DNA of 63,224 nt, filler included, from Guillardia theta CCMP2712 (GCF_000315625.1; 6 parts of 6 records of this genome joined end to end with filler, not necessarily neighbours in it); one strand, 5' to 3'; shown: positions 1 to 13,253, counted from the first letter of the whole stretch. The notes: generated from the letters alone by a model not told the origin. Numbers and translations: made by a program.

Positions 1-1053
1 GGTTACGTCCATGAGGACGGAGCTCGAGCTTCACTCCGCTGCCCTCGAGCTCATCGCGTCCGGAGATTCACCGGACAGGTACAGCAACGATCTTCTCCTT
101 CTCCTTCATCCATCCATCCTCCTCCTCCTCCTTCTCCTCTTCTATGCTTTCTTCTTTCCCCTCCTCCCTCCTCCCTCCTCCCTCCTTCCGCTCTTTTCTT
201 CATACTTCTCATCGTTGCTGCAGGTCTGCAATGGCCTTGGGAAAATGGTCCTTCCTGCAGGTAACAACCTCCTCTCCTTTTCGTTTCACCCTCAATTTGT
301 TTTGCCTTCCTTTTCTCTCCTCCCCTTTCCTTTCCTCTACAGCCTCCTTCTGTCCCTTCCTCTCCTCCTGCCTCTGACATAGTCGCGCCTTCAGTGCTGC
401 AAGCTTGTCCAGAACGCAGGGGCATGGAAGCAAGTCGTCTCAGCACAGGCACTTCAAGCTCTCACCGTCGAGACTTTAACGCGCAAAATGCTCCTCCCGT
501 CAGTCTTCTTCTCCTCTCTTGTCCTCTTCTCTTCTCTTTCTCACTCGTGCTTCAACAGGTTTCTCAACGAAGTGAAGAAAGTCTCTCAGCAAGAATGTTC
601 CGGTTGACCATTGCTCTACCTCTTCCCTCCCTCCCTCCCTCCTCACTCACTCGCTTGCTCGCTCCCTGTCTCCCTCCCTCCCTCCCCGACATGATCCAGC
701 AGCTCCCTGCATTTCACTTTGACCAGCTACTGCTTCACCAACTTCCCTCTCTCCCTCTGCCCTCCCTGCTCTCCTTTCCTTCCCTGCTCCTCCTCCTCCT
801 CCCTCCCGCCCCTCCTCTCGCGCCTCCTCCTACCCTTCCTTGCTTCTACCCCACTCGCACCTCCTTTGACCTCCTGTCTCCCGTGCCTCCTCCACTCCTC
901 CTCTCCCTCCTCCCGCGCTTCCCGCGCCTCCTCTTGGCTGACTGGCATTCAGAGCTTTCCAACTTGCTCTTCGACTCCTACCCGGTGGAGTGGAGGGGGC
1001 AAATCTTCCTCCTCCCGCTCGTCTCCTTCATGCGGACCCTCAACGATCAGTAG
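1..1053 (+). CDS. 3' part of a multi-exon gene, unknown product
   Basis: Short coding-like segments (MRTELELHSAALELIASGDSPDR; VCNGLGKMVLPA; SELSNLLFDSYPVEWRGQIFLLPLVSFMRTLNDQ*) alternate with CT-rich intron-like DNA bounded by GT/AG; stop at 1051-1053. Confidence 0.4.
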
Positions 1054-1151
1054 AGGAGCAAGAGGAGGAAGCGTCCTGGACCGAGCGCAAGTCGAGAAGG
1101 GGGACAGGAGAGGGAGGGAGGAGGACGACCCACAGCGAAGGAGACACTTGC

Positions 1152-1235
1152 GATGATGATGACGATGATGATGATGATGACGACGATGACGATGATGATG
1201 ATGATGATGATGATGACGATGATGATGATGATGAT
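1152..1235. repeat. (GAT/GAC)n microsatellite
   Basis: Directly visible. Confidence 0.95.
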
Positions 1236-1532
1236 GAGGAGGAGGAGGATCAGAGAAACAAGTTGCCATTCAGTCGAACAAGGTCGTTTTCCTTTCACAA
1301 AGAATAATCTTCTCCTCTCCTCCTCACCCCCTACCAGACATACCAGGGGTTTTTTTTGGGGCTCCCTCTTCAAACTTCCCATCCCACAGCACCCTTCCCC
1401 CNNNNNNNNNNNNNNNNNNNNNNNNNNNNNNNNNNNNNNNNNNNNNNNNNNNNNNNNNNNNNNNNNNNNNNNNNNNNNNNNNNNNNNNNNNNNNNNNNNN
1501 NGAGGAGGAGGGGGGAGGCGGGGGAAGAAAGG

Positions 1533-1909
1533 GAGGGAGAGAAGCTGGAACTGCAGGAGGTGTTGGAGGGGGAGGTAGAGGTGAGACCTCAGCATGAAGA
1601 ACTTTGATCGCCTGGATCTCTTCCTCTCTTGCCTGCAGACATGCAAATTGACCACGTGAAATCATAGAAGAGAGGGAGGGAGGGAGGGAGGAGGGAGGGA
1701 CGGAGGGAGGGAGGGAGGGAGGGACGGAGGGAGGGACGGAGGGAAGGATAGAATCGAGGAGGAGCTCACTCGGACACAGTCATCATCAGTGGGAGGCATC
1801 TGACAGACTTGCAGCTCTGCTCTTGCCATCGCCTGCTCACTCATGAGTCACCTGCTCCTTCCCGCCATTTCCCCCTCTTCCTTCTACTGATCCACCACCA
1901 CCACTACCT

Positions 1910-1963
<54 letters not shown>

Positions 1964-3342
1964 CTCCTCCTCCTCCTCCTGCTGCTGCTGCTGCTCCTCC
2001 ATTACCTTCTTGTATTCCAATGAAAACCCGGCAGGGAGTCTCAGCTCCTGCAGGACAGTCACGAGGAGAAACCTCGCTGTGACCCTCTACCTGACCGACG
2101 GGACGCCAACGAGCGGCATGCTTGTGAGAGCAAAGTCAGGATGGTCGCTGGAGGAGGAGGAAGGAGGAGGAGGAGGAGGAGGAGGAGGAGGAGGAGGAGG
2201 AGGAGGAGGAGGAGGAGGAGGAGGAGGAGGAGGAGGAGGAGGAGGATGAGCAGGTAGCCTCACTTTGTCAAACTCAGTTCGCAAGAGCTCTCTCTCCCGC
2301 TCGATCTGCCATTTTGCAAGTATGGTTCAGGCATGGAGAGAGGAGAGAGGTAAGAGGTAGCACGTGTTCCACAGTCTGATGAAGATTTCGATGGGAGGAG
2401 AAGACCTCCTTGCCGCAGTCATCCTTCCACCCCGATGCTGTTGAGCGGCGACAGTAAGATAGACAAGTGAGAGATGACGAGAGCAAAAGAATTCGTGGAT
2501 GGGGAGGACAAAAGGGGGGGGGGGGGGGAAGGGAGGGAGGGAGGACCTGCGCACTTCTTGGCGACATCCAGCAGGTTCACATCTGGAAGCTTGCTCCTCC
2601 CCAACCTTGCATCGGGTCAACAACAGCTCCCCCTGCTTGAACCTCTCACTGTAGGTATATCTTGCTCACTGCAGATATGAACGGGACCCAGTCCTCCATG
2701 CGGTTCTCGGGCGTCATATCCCCCCCCAGTCGCTGAAAGAAGCGTCTTGACACCTTGAACGAGCCGAGCAGCCATCTCACCTGACACATGCTGTTTGCCG
2801 CCTCCCAGCCCGACGACGCGACCGAGGCGACGATAATGTACAACATGATGAAGAAGCTGAAGCTCCCCACGGCTATGTACAGGTTCCTGCAGTGGATGTT
2901 CAAGAGAGCACACCAGCATCGGGCAAGGGAGGATGGGGAAGCTGGGCAGGAGAACGAAAGAGAGCAGATCCACCACAAAGGACAAGACTGTACGCGTAGA
3001 ACAACACGAGGCGATGTGGGAGGAGCTCAGGACACAAAGGAAGCAAGGACGAGACGTCGACATGGCATGTGCCATGTGAGAGGAGGAGCATCGACTGTCT
3101 TTCTCACCTCCTCCTCTTCGCTCCAGCTCGTAGGCGCCTTCCCGTTCCCCTGCCAACTATTCAGGATCCTGGAGTACCTCTACCACCCCCTCCCACACCA
3201 CCAGCAGTGCGTCCATCAGCATGCTCACATACCTTGACTGCCCTAGCGGTTCGAGCATGGCGCTCTCCTCTACCTCCTCCTCCCCCTCCTCCTCCATGCC
3301 GCCGCCGCGGCGATCGCTCACCCAGGACCTTCTCCCAGCCAT
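1533..3342 (-). CDS. Multi-exon membrane protein, unknown function (boundaries approximate)
   Basis: ATG near 3342 (MAGRRSWVSDRR). Exon-like pieces with TM segments (LVLFYAYSLVLCGG; NLYIAVGSFSFFIMLYIIVASVAS) and Cys-containing segments are separated by low-complexity introns. Confidence 0.45.
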
Positions 3343-3601
3343 GATGATGGGGCAGGGCGCTAGGGTGGTCCTAGGAAATACCCCCAGAGAACTAGGTGGG
3401 TACGAATTATGCTTCCGGACCGAACAACAGGGGTAGATTTCTAGTTCAAAAGGGGGGTGGGGGTGACAAAGTGAAGTAATGGTACATCCCCCCTCAGACC
3501 AGGCGAAATGGACGCGGAAATGGACGCATCACTGGACATGGTTCGGTAGAGAACCTGGTCAGCGGCAAGAGGAAGAAGAAGGAGAGAGAGAGGGAGGGAG
3601 A

Positions 3602-3637
<36 letters not shown>

Positions 3638-3778
3638 GAGAGAGGGAGAGAGAGAGAACGAGAGAAAGAGGGAGAGGAAGGAGAAATCCAGGATTCAGAG
3701 GAGAAGATCGAAGAGGAGGGCTGCACTACAAGCCCAATATCCTCATCTTCACCAGCCAAGAACCTTTCTTCTAGGAGC

Positions 3779-6322
3779 ATGCATCAGAACCGACAAGAGA
3801 GCAAACTCAAGTATGTCGACGAGTTCTTGAAGCTCGAGTGCGCCCCGTCCCTGATTGCCCTGAAGCTGTTCCCCAATGCGAAGGAGATCACTGAGAGCAT
3901 GGCTGTATACACAGCATTCCGACGCCTCCTCTCGGTTCAATGCGCGGATTTCGATTCTTCTGACGCCTACGTCTTTGTTGGAGATGGCACGACGCCTCGC
4001 ACTGCTGCGATCTTCGCTCATCTGACTCGAGCGGGGAGATGCATCGCCATAGATCCCATGCTCAAGCCGAGCTGTGCGGAAACCTTCGCTCCTTCAGACA
4101 GAACGAGAGACTACAAGGACTTTCTCACTGTCAAGGTTGGTGACGACTCTGTCAAGCACCCCTGGACCTCGATAGAGCGCGTGCAGCTGCTACCGTACAG
4201 GATCCAACAAGTTCGACTCAAGGTGAAGAGGATGGTCCTGATCATGGTACACTGCCATTGCTCGCTAGCAGAGGTCAGTGAGCGGTTGGAGGCTCTCTTG
4301 CCTGCGACCTCACATGCGCGCTTGCTGCTGGTTGACAGGTGTTAGAGAGCATCGAGCACTCGGTGAAGGCTATGGCTTGTCGCGTCCCCGTCGCTCACGC
4401 CAAGTTGCACCGCAGGAGCTCGTCGGAGTAGTGACCTCCCCCTGCTGCAAGTGGTTCAAGCATCAAGAGCACATCGAGAATGTCCCTCCCGTGAGGCCTC
4501 TGATCCTTCCCGCCTCCCTCCTCTCACGCTCACATCCCTGCCCTGGCAGGTTGTCTGCCTCAAGGACCCTTGCATGCTCTCCAGCATGAACGACATTCGT
4601 ATCTGGAGGTTCGCAGCGACTTGTCCGTCCTTGCCCTTGACAAGACTCGCTCCAGCTCGGACAGAGCTGGGTGTCTATCGATCATGCAGTCCATGGGGGA
4701 CCAAGAGTTCACCAGGCCTTCGCACCCGCTCCCCTCCGCGCTCTATCAGTTCGAAGAGGTTTCTCCTCCTCTCAACGCTCCTCCACAGCCAGGCAAGCAA
4801 GAGGCCCTAGCGGTCGGCGCCGGCTGACGCACTCCACAGATCCTTCCTCTGCTGGCAACGTTTCAAACACCAGCGACAACGCCGAGACTCGACGCTCAGT
4901 GGAGCTCAGCGACTCGCAGATCGCTCAGCTCGAGCAGGAGTTTGATAGGTGGACGAGAGCGCCGGAGTTGCTCCTCTGATGCCAGCTGGGCAGATGCCCC
5001 CACTTGAACCGCCCGAGAGACCTGGCGGACTTCGCTCAACAGGTCGGAGCTCCGGTCCAGGTGAGCTCGCTGTCCTGCTCGCTCCTTTGAGAGTACTGGC
5101 AAGGTCGTCCGAGTTTGGTTCAAGCACCAACGAAAGCTGCGGCAGGTCATTCTCGGTGATGGAGGAAGGAGGGGAGGGAAGAAGGAGGGGAAGGAGGGAG
5201 GAGGCTGATGCTCGTCTGCCCAGACAAGGACAAAGGGAAGCGAAGGGTGAGTGCGACTCTAGTAGACAAGGAGAACATCAACAAGCGGATCAACCTCCGA
5301 GCCTTCCTGAGGTGCGAGACCGAGGACGAGCTCAGCTCTGTCACGTGCGCGGAGTGCGTCAAGAACTCGCTGTCAGTCGTCGAGTTCCTCAGCTCGTCGG
5401 TCTGCTGGCAGCCTGTTGAGTCGTGCATGCACGCGCTGGCGTCTGCTCTAGAGCAGGTGGACAGGCTGAAGATGAAAGGGAGGTCAGAGTTTTACAACGT
5501 GGACCTGTACAAGAGCGGGTACGATCCTGACGAGGACGATGAGCGACTCATCAGGGAGGGGATGGAGACTGTAAGGAGGATACGGGCTTCTCCCAACCTC
5601 CTCCTGTCGGATCCCTTCCTCCGCGCGTGGACAGTCACGGGCGTCATCTCCTCTTGCCTCTACAAGTCGAAGCGCCTGCCCACCGAGATGATCTTGCAGG
5701 ACTTGTAAGAGACTCTGTGATGCTCGAGCCCGATCGTCTGACGAGGAGCGTTCCCCAGGGACGAGGGAGGAGGAGAAGCTACAAGCTCTCTCAAGGTCAT
5801 CTTCTCAAGGAGGGTAAGGCTTCTCATCCTGCTGCTGCTCCCTCCTCCTCCTCCTCCTCCTCCTCCTCCTCCTCCTCCTCCTCCCGTCACTCTCTGCTCA
5901 CCTCCTCTTCACAGATGCATGAGGACCCTGACCACGACTTCTTCTCTCGTATCTCCTGCTACCGGTCCCCGTCCTCTCCTTCCACTCTGCCCCCTCTTCC
6001 TCTTCCACACTCTATCTCCTCTACCTCCTCTTCCTCTTCCTCACTCTACCTCCTCTACCTCCTCTACCTCTTCCACACTCTACCTCCTCTACATCCTCCG
6101 CGTCCTCTGACCTCCCACAGAGCTGGCGATGTGGTGACGATACAGGGAGCTCCTGTCTGGCAGACGTTCCTCGACCAGCCGAGGTTTGTGATGGGGAGAC
6201 GAGCGTTGCTGTGGCAGACTGGTTGACCTGAATAGAGCAGGTGGTGCATATACGGATGGAAAGTTTGGCTGATCAAGACACGATTGGCCAACACTAGTGT
6301 CTTCGAGTACTCCACTCTCTGA
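3779..6322 (+). CDS. Multi-exon protein with an N-terminal putative SAM-methyltransferase-like domain and a possible C-terminal OB-fold
   Basis: First exon YVDEFLKLECAPSLIALKLFPNAKEITESMA...YVFVGDGTTPRTAAIF...IAIDPMLK has a Rossmann-type Gly motif followed by an acidic strand end. Further GT-AG exons follow, including the 5224-5704 block. Probable stop is TGA 6320-6322. Could be two genes. Confidence 0.55.
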
Positions 6323-6523
6323 TATCCCCTCGTTCTATCTTCCTCTAGTGGTGTTTCGCCCTCCCCTCCCTCCCCTCCCCTCCCTGCTCTGTGCGCTTTC
6401 CCTCCTCCTTGCTCTGAGCCGCAACTTTGATCTGCCTCAACGTTCCTTGAAAGACTTGGGTTCTTGTTTGACACAACCTTCGCTCTGAATGAATGGGAAC
6501 AAGTTAAACATTGATTTCCCTCC

Positions 6524-6609
6524 CCTTCCCTTCCCTTCCCTTCCCTTCCCTTCCCTTCCCTTCCCTTCCCTTCCCTTCCCTTCCCTTCCCTTCCCTTCCC
6601 TTCCCTTCC
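6524..6609. repeat. (CTTCC)n microsatellite
   Basis: Directly visible. Confidence 0.95.
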
Positions 6610-7116
6610 CTCCCTCCCTCCCTCCCTCCCTCCTCTCCCTCTCTTCCTCCCTCGCTCCCTCGCTCCCTCCGCTTCCCCCCACTCCTCCCCACCCTCACGA
6701 CTACAATCGTGGACCCGATGCTGGCAAAGCCGAGGAGGCGCATTTGGTTCTTTGCGCCCCAATGACGGGGATGGCGGGGAGGAAAGGAGGGGGGATGGGA
6801 GAGGAGGGAGGGAGGGAGAGAGGAAGAGAGGGAGAGGAGGAGGAGGAGGAGAGGGGAGGAGGAGAGGGGAGGAGGCGATCAGCGGTTGTTGTGGGCATGC
6901 TCGATGAGATATACATGCCAGATGAGAAGAGGATGGGAGGGGAAGTCAGCGGGGGTGAGGAGAAGCGAGGAAAGCAAGGAAGAAGCTTGAGAAGTCATTG
7001 AGACACCTCAGGGTCCTCATCGTAGCGCATGACAAGTTTTGACCTGCCGTTGGACAGGAACGCAGATCCAGGTCAAGATCGTGAGCAACCGCGTCAGGGT
7101 AGCCAAGAGATGTAAG

Positions 7117-7442
7117 ATGCTGCCTGTTCTGCTCCAGACTCTCCTCGCCATGTGCGCTGTCTCCGCGCTACCATCCATGACGTCGGCGTCCACGGATGGG
7201 AGAGGGTCAGCAGGCATCCAGTCAAGCTTCATCGGCTGCAGACTGACGCGGATCGGAGCTCGTCGTCAACGGGTGACGTGCGCGAGTGAGAAACCTAAAG
7301 TTCTCTTCGACGTGAGCAAGATCAGAGTCGAGCAGTTCGGGATCTTTCCGGATGTGAACTCGACCCTGGACCTCAGCATGGAGAAGACTTGCTTCAGTGG
7401 AGGAGGCGACCTCAGGGCTCTGTACCATCGTTCGTCAAGTGA

Positions 7443-7519
<77 letters not shown>

Positions 7520-8837
7520 CGCTCCTGCTCCTGCTGCTCTTGCTCTTGCTCCCGCTCCCATGAGCAACTTGTCTTGACGGCATGACAGAGCTTGTCGTGG
7601 TCAAGTACTACAAGTCCAAGTGCTCCATGTGCATGGTACTGCAGGTCGTCTCGACACTCTCCCCCTCGATGCCGCGTTGACGCTTGCATCCTAGCCCCTC
7701 CTCGACCAAGTCATCCAGAACTTCCAAGGAAAACTTCACTACGTGGATGTTGAGGTACCCGCTCTCAGTATTTCTCCTTTCCTCCCTGTCCTCCTAGTCC
7801 TTGTGGTACACCCTTTTTCTTTCCTCCCCTCCCTGTTGTCTCTGCCCTCGTTGCTACTTGCCTGTTTTTTTCCTCCCCTCGACGATCTTCCTCTGATCTC
7901 CCTCCTCCTCCTTGCTGTCTTCTGCAGACGCTGATCCAGCACGCACAGGTGATGGAGAACAAGCAGGTCATCAAGCAGGTCGGGCTCTACGGGGTGCCGA
8001 CAGTTCACTTCTTCTACAAGGGCCTCCTCGTCGACCACATGAGCGGCCTACACTCCAAGAGAAGCTTCCGTGAGAGGATCGAGGCAGCGCTGCGTGACTG
8101 GAGCTCTCTGACGGAGGAGGAGGCAGCGGACAGAATGGATCAGCTCCTGCGGGAGGAGGAGCCTGGGATGGTGTATCCTATCAGCAGGCTCTCTGCTCCA
8201 GGGAGGCTCCTGATCCCCGTCCACTGGAGTGATCTCGTTCAGCCATCGAGGAAGCGAGCTGATGTGCAGGAGGGAGTGACGAGCGAGGCTGTTCTCAACT
8301 CCTTCATCGACAGTGACTCCTGCCTCTCCGAAGGGAGGGGGCCCTTCCACCATGTCCTGAGGTCGCTCCTTCTCTCTTCTCTCATCCAAGTTGCTCCCTC
8401 CTCTCCCTCCTCTCCCTCCTCTCCCTCCTCTCCCTCCTCTCCCTCCTCTCCCTCCTCTCCCTCCTCTCCCTCCTCTCCTCTGCCTCACATCAACTTCCAC
8501 TTGTTCCATCCTCCTCTGATCAGTCTCACGTCGCTACTTCTCACGTTGCCGTCCAGCAAGGGGAGCTTCCTGCAAGCGCATGGGGTGCACATGAGCTCAG
8601 AGAAGGGCAGGAAGGAAGTTGTCGGACGGATCACAGACGGGGAGATGAACCTGCAGTACGACAGCTCCAAGATGACTCTCTCCTCACAGCCCAGCATCGG
8701 CGTCGTGGACAGTCAAGGCTACACTCACAAGATCTGTGACAGGTGGGAAGCTTGCGACCTCTTCATGCATGCGCATGATCTTTGACTGGTCTCACCACAG
8801 GACAGGATGTACTCTAGTCTACAACTTTGCTCCCTGA
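7117..8837 (+). CDS. Probably plastid-targeted thioredoxin-domain protein (NTRC-type Trx module, CSMC site), multi-exon
   Basis: Signal peptide MLPVLLQTLLAMCAVSA plus a Ser/Arg-rich transit-like region. Spliced DLRALYHRSS-ELVVVKYYKSKCSMCMVLQ-PLLDQVIQNFQGKLHYVDVE...GLYGVPTVHFFYKG gives a CxxC motif and the cis-Pro loop. Last exon TGCTLVYNFAP*. Confidence 0.75.
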
Positions 8838-8971
8838 GACGAGGGATGTGTGTCAACCTCCGAGTTGAGTGCTCGGGACCTCAAGCTCGCACATCAGACG
8901 CTCTTCGGGTCAAGACTTCGAATCAGCCAAACTTTTAAGAGCAAATTTGAGAAAAATTTCGCTATGTATAA

Positions 8972-10462
8972 CTATTGAGGTGTTGGTGCTCCCCCACGGC
9001 CGCCGAAGCGAGGACCATCACGTCCTGTCGTAGCGTCAGGAACAAGAAGGAGGAGAAAGGAGGGAGAGTGAGAAGTGAGATAAGCATGACGGATTGAGAG
9101 AAATAATTGCAGCTTACCACGCCCGAAGGAAGGGCGGTCACCAAACGAAGAGGGCTCCTTGCCAGGCCCAGAGCGATATCTGCTTGAGAGTCAGCAGCTG
9201 TAGACAGTGGGAGGAGGGGAAAGAGGGACAGGAGGAGGAGGAGGCAAGTCTAACCCTTCTCTGTCGCCACCACGACCACGTCCAAATCCTCCAGGGCGGT
9301 CGCCAGGACCAGATCCAAAACGTCCTCCACCAGGACCACGCTCCTCGCCTGCCGTCAAGATCAGCAAGGAACATTGCCATGGCATACGAGGAGGAGAGAG
9401 GAAGAAGAGGGGAATGGGGGAGGGGGGCAGACCTCCGAGAGGGCGGGAAGCTGTGCGAGTCTGCTGCTTCTTGTGTGTGTTGGGAACGATCATCTCGGGA
9501 AGGTTGAGGTATTCACGGAGATGCTGGATGCCCTCGTTGGTCAAGAACCAGTAGTGGTGCTTCCAGGTGTAGGAGTGGCGAACATACCCGCGGGAACTAA
9601 AGGAACGTCAGCGCCTCTGACTTACAAGTCAACACAAGCACTCACGTCAAGGACTCCATGAGCTTCATGACCTGAAGGTTGGGGACGTCCGACACCTCCA
9701 TGTGAGCGCGAGCGTTCTTGTCATCGGCAGCAACAAGAACTCCCTCTGTCAGATACAGTCAGTAACGACACACAGAGAGTGATGTAGGATAGGAGGTGAT
9801 GACGAGGACATCAACATCGGTTGAGTGACATATGCAGATAATATAAGCTCCAAATGCACATGAATCATGTATCATGCTGATGTTTCAACTACCATCCTGC
9901 CACATAAAAATATGCCTTGCGCATGCTGAGTGACTACGCCCTCAGGCACTCGACAAGAGACATTCATGTGATTGAAGTCCAAGAGATGCTCATGTCAGTG
10001 TGTCTGAAATTCTCTCGTACAATCAAACTGTAAATCTTCACTGCTTCGTATTTTCATAACACTCAACACAGCTACACTGCGTGAATAACGAGCTGTACAA
10101 GAAGCCTGGCAAGGGGAGCAGGTAGACGACACAGTACAACATGATGATAACAGCGATCAAAATCATCTTAGAAAGATGCTATAGCAGATGATAAATATTC
10201 AAACGAGCCCTTTTGATGTGCCAGGCAAACAAAACCGCGCGAGCAACAGCAATCAAGACAGGACAAGGAGGAACCCAGGGGCAAGAGCCGCAGGCACAGA
10301 AAGAAGAGGACATGAGGAGACAGAGAGAGGGAGAGAAAGGAGGAGAACAAGGAGGAGGAGGAGGAGAACAAGTAAAAGCAGGAGGAGGAGGAGGAGGAGG
10401 AGGAGGAGACCTTGGAAGAGGTAGGAGTAGATCTTCACGCGGTTCGCCTTGGGGATGAGCAT
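8972..10462 (-). CDS. RPS10: 40S ribosomal protein S10 (eS10), 6 exons: 10462-10411, 9745-9646, 9596-9433, 9348-9255, 9179-9118, 9024-8972
   Basis: MLIPKANRVKIYSYLFQEGVLVA...[54 protein letters not shown] plus a Gly/Arg-rich tail; all introns are GT-AG and frame-consistent. Confidence 0.97.
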
Positions 10463-10514
10463 CGCGCTGTCTCGCACGCTCACAGCACGAGGAGGTTTTT
10501 TTTTTTGAGAGCCC

Positions 10515-10658
10515 ATCATCCCCCTCATGCCCTCCCGGTATAAGTGATCATCCCCCTCATACTCACAAGGTATAAGTGATCATCCCCCTCATACCCACTG
10601 GAAATAGAAAAAAAACCCCCCCTCGTCCCCGCGATCACCCCATTATCATCCCCCTCAT
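10515..10658 (-). promoter_or_regulatory. Four copies of ATCATCCCCCTCAT upstream of RPS10
   Basis: Exact 14-mers at 10515, 10547, 10579 and 10645; two lie within a longer GGTATAAGTGATCATCCCCCTCATAC duplication. Confidence 0.5.
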
Positions 10659-10771
10659 TCACTGTCAAACCCTCGTCCCCGCTCAATCGCTCAATCCCTC
10701 CATGAGTTCACTGCCATGAGATGTCAAGAGGCGGAACGACGAGCTTGCTCCTCCTCCTCCTCCTCCTCCTC

Positions 10772-10820
<49 letters not shown>

Positions 10821-11129
10821 TGATCATTCTCCTCTCCTCCCTCTTCCATCAACTTCTCCTCCCTTCTTTTTCATACTCTAGGTGTAGCGCTCAACTCTCA
10901 CAAATGTCTGACCTTCCATACAAAGATCCTCCTCTTCCTCAACATGACAACGGTTTTCCCCTTGATGCCTTCTTCCGATTACCCACCGGTTACTTTCTTT
11001 TCTTCCTCACCATTCTACCAACTTTAAATCTTACTCCTATCATCGATTGCTATATGACATTTCTAATTCTCTAACCCTGTCCTTGCCTTGTTTTTTCTCC
11101 TCGCGCACCCATCTTCACATTCACAAGTT

Positions 11130-13253
11130 TAGAATTCCTTTTTCCATGCTTTCCATTCTGTCTTTCTCGCAGCATTCATTCCTTGCATGCTCCATGAGTT
11201 TTCTCGATCTCACTCTGATTGTGTCGGGTTTGCGATTGTCCTGTCCAGGTCTGTAAGGATTGATTTGTTGACTGCAGATTCTAATCAAGGCTGCACGATG
11301 TCTAAGAATCTGCTGGTCAACATCGGTACTTGATTCTGATATTTTTCGCCACATTGTAACATACCCTTTCGCGGCAGTGACGACCTTTACCATGTCACAG
11401 GTCAGTAATAGAGATGATATTGTGTGCAACGATGAGATGAGTGAAAGTCATGCAACGTTCATGACAGATGTCGAGGACAGTCCTGCTCAAGTCCATCTAC
11501 TCTCACACAGCTCCAAAGGTTGCCTTTATGACATGCCCTCCCTTCCCTAACTTGTTCCGTCGATCAGCTGCAAGATTCAAAACTCACTGTTTCCATCGCT
11601 TCTGGAGCAGGCATGATCTCTGAGGGCTCCTTGGAACCAGCGGCCATGGTCACCGTTATGTGCGATCCCACCTTCACCAGTCAGGGCGCATCCGACATGG
11701 TGGTTGGGGTTGCTTCGGCCTTCAGGTCTGAGAGGATGAGGATGAACGGGAGACTGGAGGAAGTGTTTGACGCTGGAGCGTAGGGAAGGGTTTGAAATGG
11801 ACGCTACAAAGATCAAGTTCGCATTTATAGAGCACAAGTTTTCAGTTTGAGTTCCCAAGGTATAGAAAATTCCGAAGAAAGGAGTCAGGATAAAAAGTTT
11901 CAGTGATGGTGGGGTTGTTGTTGAATAGTTCTAGGAGGAGAAGAAGGTTTGATGGCTGTGGGATGGGGAAAGAAGTGGCTGTGAACGAGACGGCTGTTGT
12001 GGATGAGAAAATTATTTGTTGTAGTGAAAGCGATCCTGTTCGAATCCAATATCCTCCACCTGCAGCAACAACAACATTCAACATTACGGCTTGAACTGGG
12101 CAGGATCCTGCTCAAAACGAATATCCATACCTGTTTTTTTAGGTCGACAAACGCTTTGCTCGGAGGCAGGTGAGTATTGATGCTCATGATTGAATCAGCC
12201 TGGCCCGCACATCTCAATTCTTGGGAATTCAAGTCCAGAAGTCAGCCAGTTACCTTGGCATACAGTTTTCCGTTTTTCCTGGGCTGCTGCAGACCAGTAT
12301 GCGCCTACGAGATCTGAGAAGAGGTACAGCCAGCTGCGGCACATCAACCAACCTGCTCTTCCAGAGTCTTGAAGAGATTAACAGTCTCCTTGCTGAACTT
12401 GACGGGCACAACCTGCCAGGAGCGAGCATGCATTCAGCATTGGACACAAGCGGCGATGCACACGAACCTTGGGCTTCTTGTGCTCGTCGATCTTGATCTT
12501 GATCTTCTTCACGGGCTGGCTTCCAATCGAGTCGTCCAGCTGTTTGACATGGAGCAGCACGGTCAGCGGGAAGCGACCTCGAGACGTTGTACAGCAACAA
12601 TCTGCAGCCACAGGACGAACAAGGGCAAACATCTCATGCGCATCCACCTGTGACAGGTGCAGCAAGCTTGTCCCCAGGTCATCCGAGCTGACCCCACAGG
12701 CAGTGTCAGTCTCTACCGTCACTTGAACGTCCATCTCACCTAGCATCCTTGCCAGAGGCTGAAAATCCTGCCAGACGATTGGAGCCGCCCTGGCCGCTGG
12801 TTTGACTCGACGGGGGAGGGAATGATTGTGTCCTACCATGAAAGAGAGCATGAGATTGCCAATCACTGCTGTGTATTGTGCAAAAAATGAGATGAAGAGG
12901 TTTCTCACGTCGATCCAGGAACAGAATACCCAGCAAGCCGGTTCGGAGCATCACGAACATCCAGCGCCACCCTGGCTCGAGCCCTCTTGAAGCCCTGTCA
13001 TGTGCGCGCGTTCAGCACAGACGACTATGGAGCAAACCAGACGCCATACCTTCCAAGCAACCTTCTGCTGATGATCTATCGCACGCTCAGCTTCCTTGTA
13101 TACCTTCATCTGCTCGTCGAGGTTTCCCCTACTTGCCAAAATGCTTCCGGTCCTGCCTTTGATCGCAAGGGCGACCAGAGCCGTCGCAATCCCTACCGAC
13201 ACCATCACCAGCATGACATTCATGTCCTTTCTTCGGGGCATCTTGTTCGACAT
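11130..13253 (-). CDS. Multi-exon type II membrane/secreted protein, unknown function (3' end uncertain)
   Basis: MSNKMPRRKDMNVMLVMVSVGIATALVALAIKG (signal anchor) followed by short GT-AG-bounded exons. Confidence 0.45.

Noticed and set aside
949-2284. Poly-His/Asp/Met/Gly/Pro ORFs (similar poly-Leu, EQ and ER ORFs elsewhere)
   Set aside because: Translations of microsatellites in introns or intergenic DNA.
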